36,373 bases of DNA, taken from the NCBI RefSeq assembly GCF_001194135.2, contig NC_068994.1, forward strand, positions 23,442,858-23,479,230. Reading direction: 5' to 3'. Shown here piece by piece: positions 36,286 through 36,373 of the stretch (the first letter of the stretch is position 1; the number at the start of each line of letters is the position of its first letter). The translations under genes and the position numbers were made by a program. Source of the stretch: Octopus bimaculoides (lineage: Eukaryota). The notes beneath the pieces are model-generated. The model was not told the origin of the DNA. It searched no databases and worked only from the letters and a program-made list of their open reading frames with translations.

Positions 36286-36373
36286 TATATAAGGCTATGT
36301 ATATATTCCTACATTTACGTATCTATATTTACACACACACACACACACATATAAATAAATATATATATATATA

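Overview
AT-rich, repeat-dominated eukaryotic DNA with five assembly gaps (4576-5267, 10972-11000, 15564-16497, 24051-24638, 29890-30084). The mix of tRNA-derived SINEs, R4/Dong and Tx1 LINEs and dense microsatellites suggests a cephalopod, probably Octopus (inference). I can support no intact host protein-coding gene; most ORF-track entries are microsatellite or N-run artefacts or retroelement fossils. Recognisable content: two decayed R4/Dong-clade RLE retrotransposons, a Tx1/L1-clade LINE remnant, three CR1/L2-group LINE remnants, Helitron fragments, a pogo/Tigger fossil, a possible Penelope-like fossil, about 13 copies of three SINE families, a full-length U6 snRNA copy and a tRNA-Asp(GTC) pseudogene. 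The most notable pattern is that both Pol III RNA copies (U6 and tRNA-Asp) are followed at their 3' T-run by a co-oriented, full-length copy of the same SINE family. A 250-bp tetranucleotide microsatellite has also expanded inside the endonuclease coding region of one Dong element.
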